DNA of 64,000 nt from Balanoglossus misakiensis (Eukaryota > Animalia > Hemichordata), in the NCBI GenBank assembly GCA_040954595.2, contig CM082596.2, forward strand, positions 4,794,181 to 4,858,180. Direction: 5' to 3'. The notes under the pieces are model-generated. The model saw nothing but the letters and a program-made list of their open reading frames with translations, made no database searches and had not been told where the DNA came from. Shown here piece after piece: positions 41,106-52,375 of this stretch; the stretch's first letter is position 1, and each line of letters begins with the position of its first letter. The position numbers and the translations under genes were made by a program.

Positions 41106-41374
41106 AGCGACCGACATTATACAGTATAAGCTAATACATGTTAATTTCTATATATGGGAAACAGAATAGGGGTCTTAACTTATAAAGACAACAGTGATAC
41201 TATACTTATGTAGTCAAGTATCACAATTTGGGTGAGAATACATTATTTTGTTCTCGAATCAAATACACTATTGTTATTTTCTTAATTATTATAACGCTGA
41301 TCCGGCTAATTATAGCTGAAATCTCGATACACTAAAATGAGGTCTGGTCATTGAGAATATCATACTTTTAAATT

Positions 41375-43247
41375 TTAACTGGATTGGAATGTGGCTACAT
41401 GCATGGCGCAAGAACGCTGAAATATACAAACTTTGTACGGATAGGGTGAAGCAGTTGTCCCAGGCTGTGCTTCAAGCGACGGTGACGCTGTGTTGTCCGG
41501 TAGTTTGAACGTGTACTTCTGCATCAAGGTGGTGAAGAAGAGAAACAGTTCCATCTTGGCAAGCTGTTCTCCGAGGCAAACACGACGACCTTGAAAAGAA
41601 ATGTAATCAGTCAATAAATTGACATTTGTATGTATATAGGTACCAATGTACAGGTACTGGAAAAGAAATCTTGAAATGTTGATTTTCTAAATCACTTGGT
41701 ATTGATGTTATATTGACATACCAATGCCAAAAGGAATGAATTCCTCTCTCCTGATGACTTCTCCATCCTCTCCCAGAAATCTCTCGGGTTTGAAAGATTC
41801 CGGTTCCGGCCAAGTTGCAGGATCGTGGTGAACTGACCATAGGTTTGTTATTACGTAGGTATCCTCCGGGATCAAATGGCCGCGAAGATGAGCATCACCG
41901 GTGGTTGCGTGCGCAACTGACAGAGGAGCAACACTGGAAATTCTTTGGATTTCCATCAGGGTTGCTTCTGTGAACGGAAGCGAGACTCTATCGTTCATGT
42001 GTGGCTGTCGTTCTCGGCCCAGGACACCGTCGATTTCATCGTAAACACGTCTTTGCACTGTGGGATGAATGGCCATGTAGAGGAATGCCCAGCTCAACGT
42101 CTTCAAGACGGTATCTGCGCCCGCGATAAACAACTCTAAAATAAGCATTCGAAGGTTTTCCACGTCCATCGTGGAATTCACACCAACTTGTTTCGGCTGG
42201 GACATCGTCTTCACATAGGCGTCTACCATGTGTCTGACTTCTTTTTCTGTCGCCAAACTCTCCGAACTTTGTGAAATTATCGGATTCAGGAGTTCTTTGT
42301 AGAATGTGTAGCGATACTTAAAAAAGTTCGCGTAGCCTCTGTACCCCGGTAAATGTCTCAGAAAAGGCAAAAATCTCATAACATCGATTGATTGCTGAAT
42401 GCGTACAGAAGTTGTCATTATTCGAATTAGTTCACGCAACTCATCGTCCCCATAGTCATATTCTTTGTTGAGTACAGCACGACAAATAACGTTGCATGTC
42501 GCAGAAGACAGAGCGGCACATGGATCAACAGGACAACCGTTGCTCGCATCCCAAACTTTAACCACGTTGCCAATTTCATCCAGAATCTTCTCTTCCATTA
42601 CATCAGTGCCCATACCGAATCTCCTAAGCGTCGATATAGCAAACTTGCGATGTTCTCTCCATTGCTCATTATCTGGTATTCTCATTAAACCTAAACAAAT
42701 GAAACGATAGCGTACGTGTAAAAATTAGACGCTTTTCTGCAATTCTGCAGATGTAAAACTGTTTACTTTTTGGGAGCTTCACCAAAGATCAGCTTGGCTG
42801 CCAGGGAGCTGTAATATAAATTAGCTCGTTTGTGTTCATTCATGCGATGAAAAGAAAATTGGTGTAGTATTTGTCTTTTGCACAATTCGATGCTGTACCT
42901 TTGTCCGTGCCCTTCTCTCTGCGCATAGATTTCGGGCGACCACTGAAGAGATTTCCTTTGACAACTAGGGCTTCTTTGATGACGTCAAAACTGTTGAGAA
43001 CAACTACCAGACTACCACCAAGCCTCAAGCTGAAGACGTCGCCATATTGTCGACCAAGCCGATTGAAGACCGCGCTGGGCGCGTCTTTTCCTGACAGCAG
43101 AGGCAAAGAGCCAATGATAGGCCATCCCAGTGGACCTGGTGGCAGATCTCGTCCACGTCTCTGCCAAGCCAGTAGCCAAGCAGCCAGGATGATGCATGCT
43201 AAGACGGCCGCGCAAGAGACGAAATAGGATGTCAGGGTCAAATCCAT
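41375..43247 (-). CDS. Cytochrome P450, clan 2 (CYP2-like), copy A; exons 43247-42899, 42690-41722, 41589-41375
   Basis: TM anchor, [19 protein letters not shown]-helix AGADT, EIQR, PERF, heme motif FGIG|[10 protein letters not shown]. Phase-1 GT-AG introns. Confidence 0.93.
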
Positions 43248-43756
43248 GATTGGTGGTGCCTGCTTTTTTACGACAGCCAGGTATCCTCAACGTGACCCTT
43301 GACCCATGCAAAGTATGAAGAAAAGTCCTAGATGTGGGGACATATAATTCACCACTGTCTTGACCGCTCCATGACCTTTGGCTATTATTATTCAACTGTT
43401 CTTGGATTAAGTAACCGCAGACAGAACTTTTTCGAGACTTGTCAAGGGTTCATATGAATTTATAATACTGCTGCAAACGAGAAGCTGATGGAAATAGAAA
43501 ATGAAGTGTTATCATACTGGTTGAAAGAAAAGTGTCTCCGACAAGAGATAAACCTTGACCTTTTTTATCTAGCGTTTGGACAATGCTCCACGGGTTAAGA
43601 AGTCAGTCAGAGTGATATTTAAAGAAAGTCTACGATTATCAATGATATGTCAAACCACGTGAGTGGATATTTTGCATGCGTCATGGGTCACATGAGGACA
43701 TGTAAACTAAACCAAGCAGGCGTGTGGTAGCAAGCTGTAAACAGCAGGCACCAATC
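43248..43756. promoter_or_regulatory. Shared ~510 bp bidirectional upstream region of the two CYP genes, with nuclear-receptor half-site direct repeats
   Basis: Divergent ATGs at 43247 and 43757. TGACCCtTGACCC (DR1, 43293-43305), TGACCGctccaTGACCT (DR5-like, 43361-43377), GGGTCAcatgAGGACA (DR4-like, 43685-43700). Confidence 0.5.
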
Positions 43757-45836
43757 ATGTATTTTGCACTGAATTCCTATTTCGTCTCTGGCGCGGCCGT
43801 CTTAGCATGCATCATCCTGGCTGCTTGGCTACTGGCTTGGCAGAGACGTGGACGAGATCTGCCACCAGGTCCACTGGGATGGCCTATCATTGGCTCTTTG
43901 CCTCTGCTGTCAGGAAAAGACGCGTCCAGCGCGGTCTTCAATCGGCTTGGTCGACAATATGGCGACGTCTTCAGCTTGAGGCTTGGTGGTAGTCTGGTGG
44001 TTGTTCTCAACAGTTTTGACGTCATCAAAGAAGCCCTGGTTGTCAAAGGAAATCTCTTCAGTGGTCGCCCGAAAGGTCTGCGCACAGAGAAGGGATTCGA
44101 CAAAGGTAAAATGAAAGCAGCAAATTGCAAAACAAGCACTACTACCGTTTCTTCCATCATGTGGCAGGAACTCAATTTGGTTAGTTTGTATGCACTCCTG
44201 GAAGTGAAGCTGGTCTTTACTATAAAGTTTCCAACAAAAAAACCATGAAAAGTTGAAATACAACACGTTTTTCACTATACTGAGTGAATACAGTAATTGA
44301 AAGTCAATTCAGATATTGTCAGCACCAGAATCGGGCCATGTTTTCATTGACAGGAAATCTAAAAATAGTTCAGGCATATACGTGGCTTGTATTTTTTACT
44401 ATTTAGGCTGCACGGCGAACACGCGTGAGCTAAAAGGGGTCAATTATTTAGTCGTGGACGGAACTTCCCTAGTCCTATTAAATCGTGTCATTTGTTTAGG
44501 TCTTTCGAGAATACCAGACAATGAGCAATGGAGAGAACATCGCAAGTTTACTCTATCGACGCTCAGAAGATTTGGAATGGGTACCAATGTAATGCAAGAA
44601 ATGGTTCTGGATGAAATTGGCAACGTGGTTAAAGTTTGGGATGCGACCAACGGTTGTCCTGTTGATCCATCTGCCGTTCTTCCTTCTGCGATCTGCAGCG
44701 TCATGTGCCGTGTTGTAATGAACAAAAAATATGACTATGGGGACGACGAATTCATTGAACTGATTCGGCTAATACGAAATTCTATGCGCATTCAGCAAAC
44801 AGCTGGCGTTGTACACTTCTTGCCTTTTCTAAGACATTTACCGGGGTACAGAGGCTATGCCAACTTTTTCAACTATCGCTACTCATTCTACGAAGAACTT
44901 CTTAACCCGATAATTTCACAAAGTTCTCAGAGTTTGGCGACAGAAAAAGAAGTCGGACACATGGTAGACGCCTATGTGAAGACGATGTCCCAGCCGAAAC
45001 AAGTTGGTGTGAATTCCACGATGGGCGAGGAAAACCTCCGAGCGCTCATTGCGGAGCTGTTTACAGCGGGAACAGATACCACCGAGGTGACATTGCGCTG
45101 GTTTTTCCTCTACATGGCCATTCATCCCGACGTGCAAAGCCGTGTTCACGATGAAATCGACGGTGTCCTGGGCCGAGAACGCCAGCCCCACATGAACGAC
45201 AGAGTCTCACTTCCGTACACAGAAGCAACCCTGATGGAAATCCAAAGAATTTCCAGTATGGTTCCGCTATCAGTTGCGCGCGCAACCACTGGTGATGTAC
45301 GTCTTCGCGGCTACTTGATCCCGAAAGATACCTTCATCATCACCAACCTATGGGCTGTTCTCCATGATCCCAAAACTTGGCCGGAACCGGACACTTTCAA
45401 ACCCGAGAGATTTCTGGGAGAGGATGGAGAAGTCATCAAGAGGGAGGAATTCATTCCTTTTGGCATCGGTATGTTCGAATCGTATAAAGAAACACAACAG
45501 TTGAGAAATGCTTTTCTTTCATAAACCCAGTCCATAGATTTCAGACCCACCGATAATCACGAGTTACAAATTTAAGATGTTGTATTTCAGTACCTGTACA
45601 TTGGTATCTATGAACACACACATGTCAATGTGTTGACTTATTTCACTTCTTTTCAAGGTCGTCGTGTTTGCCTCGGAGAACAGCTTGCCAAGATGGAACT
45701 GTTTCTCTTCTTCACCACCTTGATGCAGAAGTACACGTTCAAACTACCGGACAACACAGCGCCACCATCGCTGGAACCTCAGCCTGGAATTTCTACTCCA
45801 CCCTATCCGTACAAAATTTGCATAATTCAGCGTTGA
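43757..45836 (+). CDS. Cytochrome P450, clan 2 (CYP2-like), copy B; exons 43757-44105, 44500-45468, 45658-45836
   Basis: Same motifs (AGTDT, EIQR, PERF, FGIG|RRVCLG) and same intron positions as copy A, in inverted orientation. Confidence 0.93.
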
Positions 45837-47001
45837 AATATCGTTACACTCCATTTGCTATTCGTACATGTCGCACTGGTCCTCATCCATTCTGTATTAG
45901 TTTGTTCGGATAAATGTATAACAAAGAATTTCATTAAAATCTAACAAGCTAGCGTTGGAATCAGGTGATTCCAAGATGACGTATGCAGACGTCTTGAACT
46001 TTTTAAAATCAACTGTTTCCTTCTGCACAATCTATTCCTTTTTTTATTTTATTTTACAGCGAATTGGATTTTACTTTATACTTGCAGTACATGTATGACA
46101 CTTTCGAAAAGTAATTTTAAAGGCCCATACTTGTTGACTTGACATATTTTCTTTACGTAAAACAACGAGGCGTTGTGCACAGAACTGTTTATTGGGAAAT
46201 GAAACTGTTTACTAGTACATTGTATTGGGAAATAAAGGCCACGATAGATCTTTCAGTGTTGCAGCGACCACTGAAGTCGTGATTTAAATATCGAAGCCCT
46301 TTCCTCGTCTCTGAAAGCAAATATAATAAGCCTTAATAAATTGATTGGAATTGAACATTTACAAATAGCACTAGCACGATTTCAATTTGCATTTATATTC
46401 GACGAGTTGACAGATTAAGAGGAACAGCTGGATCATATTTCGTGCGAAGATAAAACTGTAATAATGAACACATCCGGGTATTTTAATCATAAAGTCCCCT
46501 GTCCTGCACCAGGCAAAAGTCCTAATCCTGAACACGTGTTTAAATTTAATTATTTCATTGTTCAACGAATCCCGGATGGTGCTGTTTCAAAGGGATTTAT
46601 CGAGGATAGGAAGCGGCTTAACATAAATTTTTAATCTGGATCAGATATACGTCACAGCGACCTGCTGATATATTTGCACGGGAAAGAACCGAAGCAAACT
46701 ACAATAAATATTTCAACCCCCAATATTTTTGATCGATAACATATTTCAGTCTTTTCCTTATCCTAAAGTCGACAGATGGTAACATTCTAATATGTAGAGA
46801 TTACAAAACCCATGTTAACATATCACGATAGAAGTGGACTCTTGCAATGGGCGGCTGAATAAACGGGTGTGGCACCCGTTTATTATTTAACTTGTTTATA
46901 TTTAAAAGTTCAGCCACGATTCTGAGATTGATGGAATCATGTTAAGTTTGAAAATTGTAAACTAATGAAAATAATGCTAATATGGCAGCTATTGGGGTCT
47001 G

Positions 47002-47078
47002 GCCCAAGTTCCCTCTTTTATGTCCAACCTTACTGTAGGAAAGTGGGACTGGACCATGCAAGGTGGTGAAAGGGTTAA
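47002..47078. mobile_element. Same MITE, partial copy abutting a second TTAA-type element
   Basis: CCCAAGTTCCCTCT...GGTGGTGAAAGGGTTAA followed directly by AGGTACACGGTCAC. Confidence 0.6.
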
Positions 47079-47205
47079 AGGTACACGGTCACCTATGAAA
47101 AATGGCATAAACTGCGAAATCATATTTTGTCTATTGAAACATTTACTCAAAATCGTGATCACAAGAAGTTGGAAATCGTCTCCATTTTGAATAAAGCGTG
47201 TATAC

Positions 47206-48950
47206 TCAACACATCCACTTCATTTGTTCTGTGTATATTCTCCTGGTCAACCTGAAGACATCAAGTCGCAACATGCGGCAATAGGCAATAGAGGGACGAG
47301 CTTCACACTGCGTCTTGACGTAGTTCTGAACCGAGCGGAACTGGGCGAGGTCGGCCTCGAAATCGCCGTCGTAATTTTTCACCTTCTCCCAGAAGGTCTT
47401 GTTGAAGTAGTCGTACAGCCGGATGTCCGCGCGAGACACCTTTGAGATGATCCTGCGCATGTCGTCCGTGATCGGTGGCTGGTACTCCGTGTGGACTTTG
47501 CAAGGCTGGTAAACGATGTCGCGGACGTCCCAGCAGAGGGTCTTTTTGAGGAGAACGAGCGACTCGTCGATGTACTCCATTATCATGACCAGGTCGAGTT
47601 CTTCATCCAGTCGGCGGAAAGCGTCGTAAGCTGCTGTCTCGTTGTCGTCGATCTCAAGACCAAACCGGAAGTGGTACGAATTCGTTTCTTTAACCAGCTG
47701 TTCGCTCGGCTTGGCTATCTTCCCGATCTTCTTCAGGTAGATGGCGAACGGATCAGGCGACATCGTCAAGTTCATGTTTCTCCTGCTGTAGTAGAACTTG
47801 GATTTGAGGTGCGTGTACGGCGATCGGACGATGGTGGCGTATTTCGCCCCGGGCACCACGGCGTCCAGCTGAGTCCGGTTATACTGTTGGATGTGGGAAC
47901 ACAGATAGTTGAAGCCCGGGAAACTGCTGCAGTTGTAGTACAACACTCCCAGACGCCCACTCGCCTTTTCTGGCCGGATGACGTCACCTATCACGTGCTC
48001 CGGTTTCAAGGCAGCTACCAGGTTATGTTTCATGCCGTACCGGAACAAGGTAGACGACACTGTACTTCCGCCAGACTTTTCGGTTTTTATGAAGACGAAA
48101 TTGTTTTGAGCTTGACAAGATCTGGGCTGCGATCTTGGCTCCGTCTTCTTGTAATCAATTTGGCCACATTCTTCAACAGGCTGCCCTCTTCTTGCAGATG
48201 CACCGTCCTTTATTTGATCCCTGTCGAGATAATTTGCCAAAAAAACAACAAAGTTGAAACATCTGCCCTGTTGTCTTGTTCCCGTGCTTGGAACAAAAGT
48301 ATTGAGAAATATGCAAATTAGCATAATTTTTATAACACCGAATAATTTCCTTTGATGCAGGTCCACTACCTTACCTCTTACATACACATCTGACATTTGA
48401 CTATACATGTCCTATTTATATCATCACTTGCACATTTTCATTAAATATGCAAATCCGCGATTAATTGGCGAGCCACAAATAACCCACATACATAATCATG
48501 TGAGATTGGGCGTTTTTTCAGATTTGGTATCTGTATACTATGCCAACACTGTCACAAAGCTCTCAACTCCATAGACGCAAGGGTGTTCTTTTCACTTTAT
48601 GGTAGAATGCGAGCCGATAAACTCGGGCGCAGAATTAGCTGCTTCGAATACTAGAGTGTACTCACCCCATAACGTCAAAGTATTGAAACGAAGTCAGCAG
48701 GTAGCTAGTATAAATGCCGCAAATGTAGCCAACAGCTACCAGTCCGAAGAGAGAGTACATACGCCTCACTGGAAAGAGTGTACAAACATCGGTAATCATT
48801 TCAGTTTTGTTTAGCATTCGTTGCTAAAGTTGTATTAGAGGTCTGGAAAACAAGCTATCATGTCCAATAAGTACATTTGCTGCTGTTGTCGTCTAAATAT
48901 ATGAAGAAATCGGACCTAGTAAACTTACCTTTTTGTAACTTGGCTTTCAT
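47206..48950 (-). CDS. Galactose-3-O-sulfotransferase family (GAL3ST-like) Golgi type II enzyme; exons 48950-48929, 48768-48666, 48220-47206
   Basis: Spliced N-terminus MKAKLQKVRRMYSLFGLVAVGYICGIYTSYLLTSFQYFDVMG (signal anchor) joins in phase to DQIKDG... The catalytic domain has FIKTEKSGGST (5'-PSB), TIVRSP...SKFYY (3'-PB), LVMIMEYIDESLVLLK..LCW and D..LYDYFNKTFW. Confidence 0.88.
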
Positions 48951-49635
48951 TGTTGCAATAAGTATAATGATGCCTGGGCGCTCTCTGTCGAGGCTTTTTC
49001 CGAATCAAGAAAGTTGTCCAATTCACTGTATGATATAAAATACACCCCCTCGATCAAATATCACGTAATCTGCTCCAGAAAAGTCCCGTGTTGAGAATAG
49101 TTTGACTTCTTTCTTTTTTTTGTGCTGGTGACTGCGTCAGATCCGCGTTATCAACCGGTTGCAGTGAAAATGATTGAAATTAAATATGTTAGAGACGCGT
49201 GTCAAAGATTACGTAGTATGTTTCAAGCTGTTCCGTTGTGGCTTAGTCATAAGCCTAATCTCCATTGCTCGGTGCACCAGTATACCGCTATGTGTCGTCA
49301 GGCTTTCAGTTTATCGACTCTGTGTGGATCTGCAACATTCCATAACACTGCCCAATGCGTATATTTACCTTCGGACGGTCACGAAATGCTGACAAACTGG
49401 CTTTATGTAAATCCTTCATTCCATAAGTTTTCGTATCTGCTGTGCACTATAGTAATGTGGCATATTTAAATAACTTATCATTAATTATTTGCAGTGAAAA
49501 AACTAGCGGAATACTTTGATCTATTAAAATTGAAGCTTAAATATTTCACACAAATTAGTGTTACCACGCAAAATGGTGATAAAGGGACATTTGTAACTTG
49601 AGTCCGAGACTTTTTAACAAAATCTCAATTTTTTT

Positions 49636-52375
49636 CTAAAGCTGGCAAATAACCATAAGCATGGTGGCTATAAATCCTATTGTGTAAATGACCATGAAGC
49701 ATCTGTCCATAATCATTGCAAAGTGGCGCCATTCGCGTTTCCAGTGGTCCTCCTGGGCCTTCTGTTCGTGGAATGACGTCAGCCTCTCGATTTCCCGCCG
49801 GAGATGCGCCAGCGCGTGGTTGGGGGCGTCCATTTTGTTTTTGCCGTTATGCTCGACTCGGGTGTCGTTCACGTGTAAATCCGCCAGCTGCTGGCTTCCG
49901 CCGGAGTCCTTCCGCGCGTAGTTGATCAAGGTGACACCGTTGGATGGAGCGCAAGATGGCGCTAGCGCTTCTTTGAAGGGCGACACCCCCACAACGGGTC
50001 CAAGATAGGAAAAGATAAATCTTTTGGTCCCAGGAGACATGAAACCTCGCTCGGATCCGCTAAAATGGTAGGACGACACGACGACTGACGTTATCAGAGA
50101 AAAGGTCACCAGAAATACCGAGGCTGCGTAAAATTGACCTGTAAATACGAAAAGGACAATCGGGTGGTGCCATGTTAGATCATGTCCACAGGTCATCTGA
50201 TTATAATATCCCAGATATTTTAGGCAATATCATTTTTTAACCCTTGAGACTTTTTTCCGACATTTTTTGTAAAAAAAATGCCAAAAACGTATAGGCAATC
50301 GGAAATTATGCCCATTTCGTCCAAAAATATGGGCCAACGTACGTAAAAATCATGAAGATGAGAAATGTTGCACCAACATTTTGACCTATAGACAAAATGT
50401 CGCCCTGTAAAGTCACTCTAGATCTTACCTATGATGGGAATGACATCAGTTGCCGGCATGCTTTCGGCAAACAGTAGCAAGAACACAGTCATAGACAAGA
50501 GTATTGTAATCGCCAGACTGACTTTCTCGCCAGATTCGGTCGGCAGGAAGAAGTCGACCACTGCCACGGCACAGAGCAGAAAACAGGGCATCAGTAGAGT
50601 GAACACGTAGAATATGGGCCGGCGTTTGAGGTGCAACGTGTACGTCACATCCGTATACGGGACACCTGGGTCATCCGGGTAGTACTCGATGTGGTTTTCG
50701 GAAGTGATGTCCAACATGTCCCACTCGCCGTTGCCCGTATAGACGCTTACGTCACCTGCAAGACAAACGTAACACACAAGCGATTGCCTGGGATTAAAGG
50801 ATTTTCCACTCATTGCGAGATCTCATCCCGAGACTTTGTAAATTGCCATAGCAACGGGTTGCCAGCCAAATAAACCAGTATGAAACCGGAATATGCAATA
50901 TGTGTATACTGTTGACCGAACAGAAGAAAGGGGGAAAGTATACGTACCTCCCCCATCCAGGGCCACTTCTCGGCCGTCGTACTGCCACGGTCCGAACTTC
51001 AACTGGCACGCTTGCTTATCGAACGGGAAGTAGTAAGTGTCGACGGTGCAGTAGCTGAGAAAGACGACCGGTGCCGCCCACATGATGTCGCCGCTTGGGG
51101 ACACTTTGACGATTTCTTTGCTCATGAAATCTCTGTACTGGTCATCAGCGCTGTGGAGAGAAGCGTCATATTTGTCGACAAATTCTAAACTGCAGCCGAT
51201 TTTTGTAACCAATGCTAAGACAATCATCATTCGGATATCTCAAATAACTTCAATTTTTGCCCTACAGGTACACGATCAATTATACAATTTTAACCTCATT
51301 AACTATGGAAAGCTGGGATGCAGCCTATCACATGGAACTGGCGATAGAGGGAATTTCGTCATTGCGAATGTAAAAAAGTACTTACTTCTGATACAACACC
51401 ACTTGGGGAATCCAAATGCGATTGGCGGGAAATTTCACACCTTGGATATTTTCATGTTCGGTTGCGTTCCAGTGCAAGTATTCGTCTTTCCATAGCTGAA
51501 AATAGCCGAGAGCATATTGTAAGAAATGCTGAGACGTGCAATAGCCAGAGACCCCATCACATTCACGTACAGGATTTTCTGGGTGGTTTTGCAAGTCGGT
51601 ATATCTAGTACTGGGTGTTGTTTGCGCTTTTCGTTGATGGCAGTTGATTTGATTATAGGAGACTTGTAATAAGGTAAAACTGTTTCACTTACCAGAGTGA
51701 CCCAAGCATTGAGTTGTAAATGCTGGTGACGTTCGCTCTGTTTGAAATGTAAAAAAACATATACCGATATTTGTAAGAGGAAGACGCGACTAACTTTTTT
51801 CTATTTCTCGACCGAGAGCAACTTCCCTGTTTTCTGTTCGGCTCACGCCACTTGACTGGCGTGGCAGAGAATCGAAATCAAAACCTTACGTAATATTCAA
51901 AATACCCAGGTGTACCTCTACGGCTAACGCTATGTTAATGACGAACAGCCTTATTGTTCATCCACCACTGTTATTTAAATTCGGTGCATGTGCTTCCCCC
52001 CCCCCCCCTCTCTCTCCCTCTCAAGTAACTCCAACTCACCAATTCCAGGATTTGAGACACGTAAAACTGCATATGCACTTCTGTTGTCATGGTGTGGTTG
52101 TACACCGGTCTGACCAGTGGATCGTAATCTTGTAGAAGACCTCGAATCAATCTCCGATAGACAGGTGAACCACAAACCCCTGTGTGGAAACATCATTGCA
52201 GAGTGTCATAATGTGAAGTGTATAAAACATAGGTAGTAACAAGTAAGCTGGTGTCATGAAAATCTCCACTTTAAAATCTGATTATCCCACTGTTACCTTC
52301 AGATAGGCAGGACACCATCACCACGTAAATGATACAGGTATGCACGAATGAATGCACGATTTTCGCCTCCGCCAT
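49636..52375 (-). CDS. Nicotinic acetylcholine receptor-like Cys-loop subunit A (alpha9/10-like, loop C lacks CC); exons 52375-52297, 52179-52040, 51737-51693, 51495-51386, 51150-50948, 50755-50429, 50138-49636
   Basis: Signal peptide, YDPLVRPV, WKDEYLHW, IWIPQVVLYQNAD, Cys-loop CTVDTYYFPFDKQAC, GPWQYDG, M1-M4 with ESGEKVSLAITILLSMTVFLLL and MIMDRCF. All seven exon lengths are consistent with the splice phases. Confidence 0.92.

Noticed and set aside
44316-44499. Extended N-terminus of the 402-aa CYP ORF
   Set aside because: Intron 1 sequence; the true exon starts at the acceptor at 44500, matching copy A.
48221-48408. N-terminus of the 400-aa sulfotransferase ORF (MYSQMSDV...)
   Set aside because: Stop-free intron sequence. 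A clear acceptor at 48221 and two in-phase upstream exons give a better signal-anchor N-terminus.
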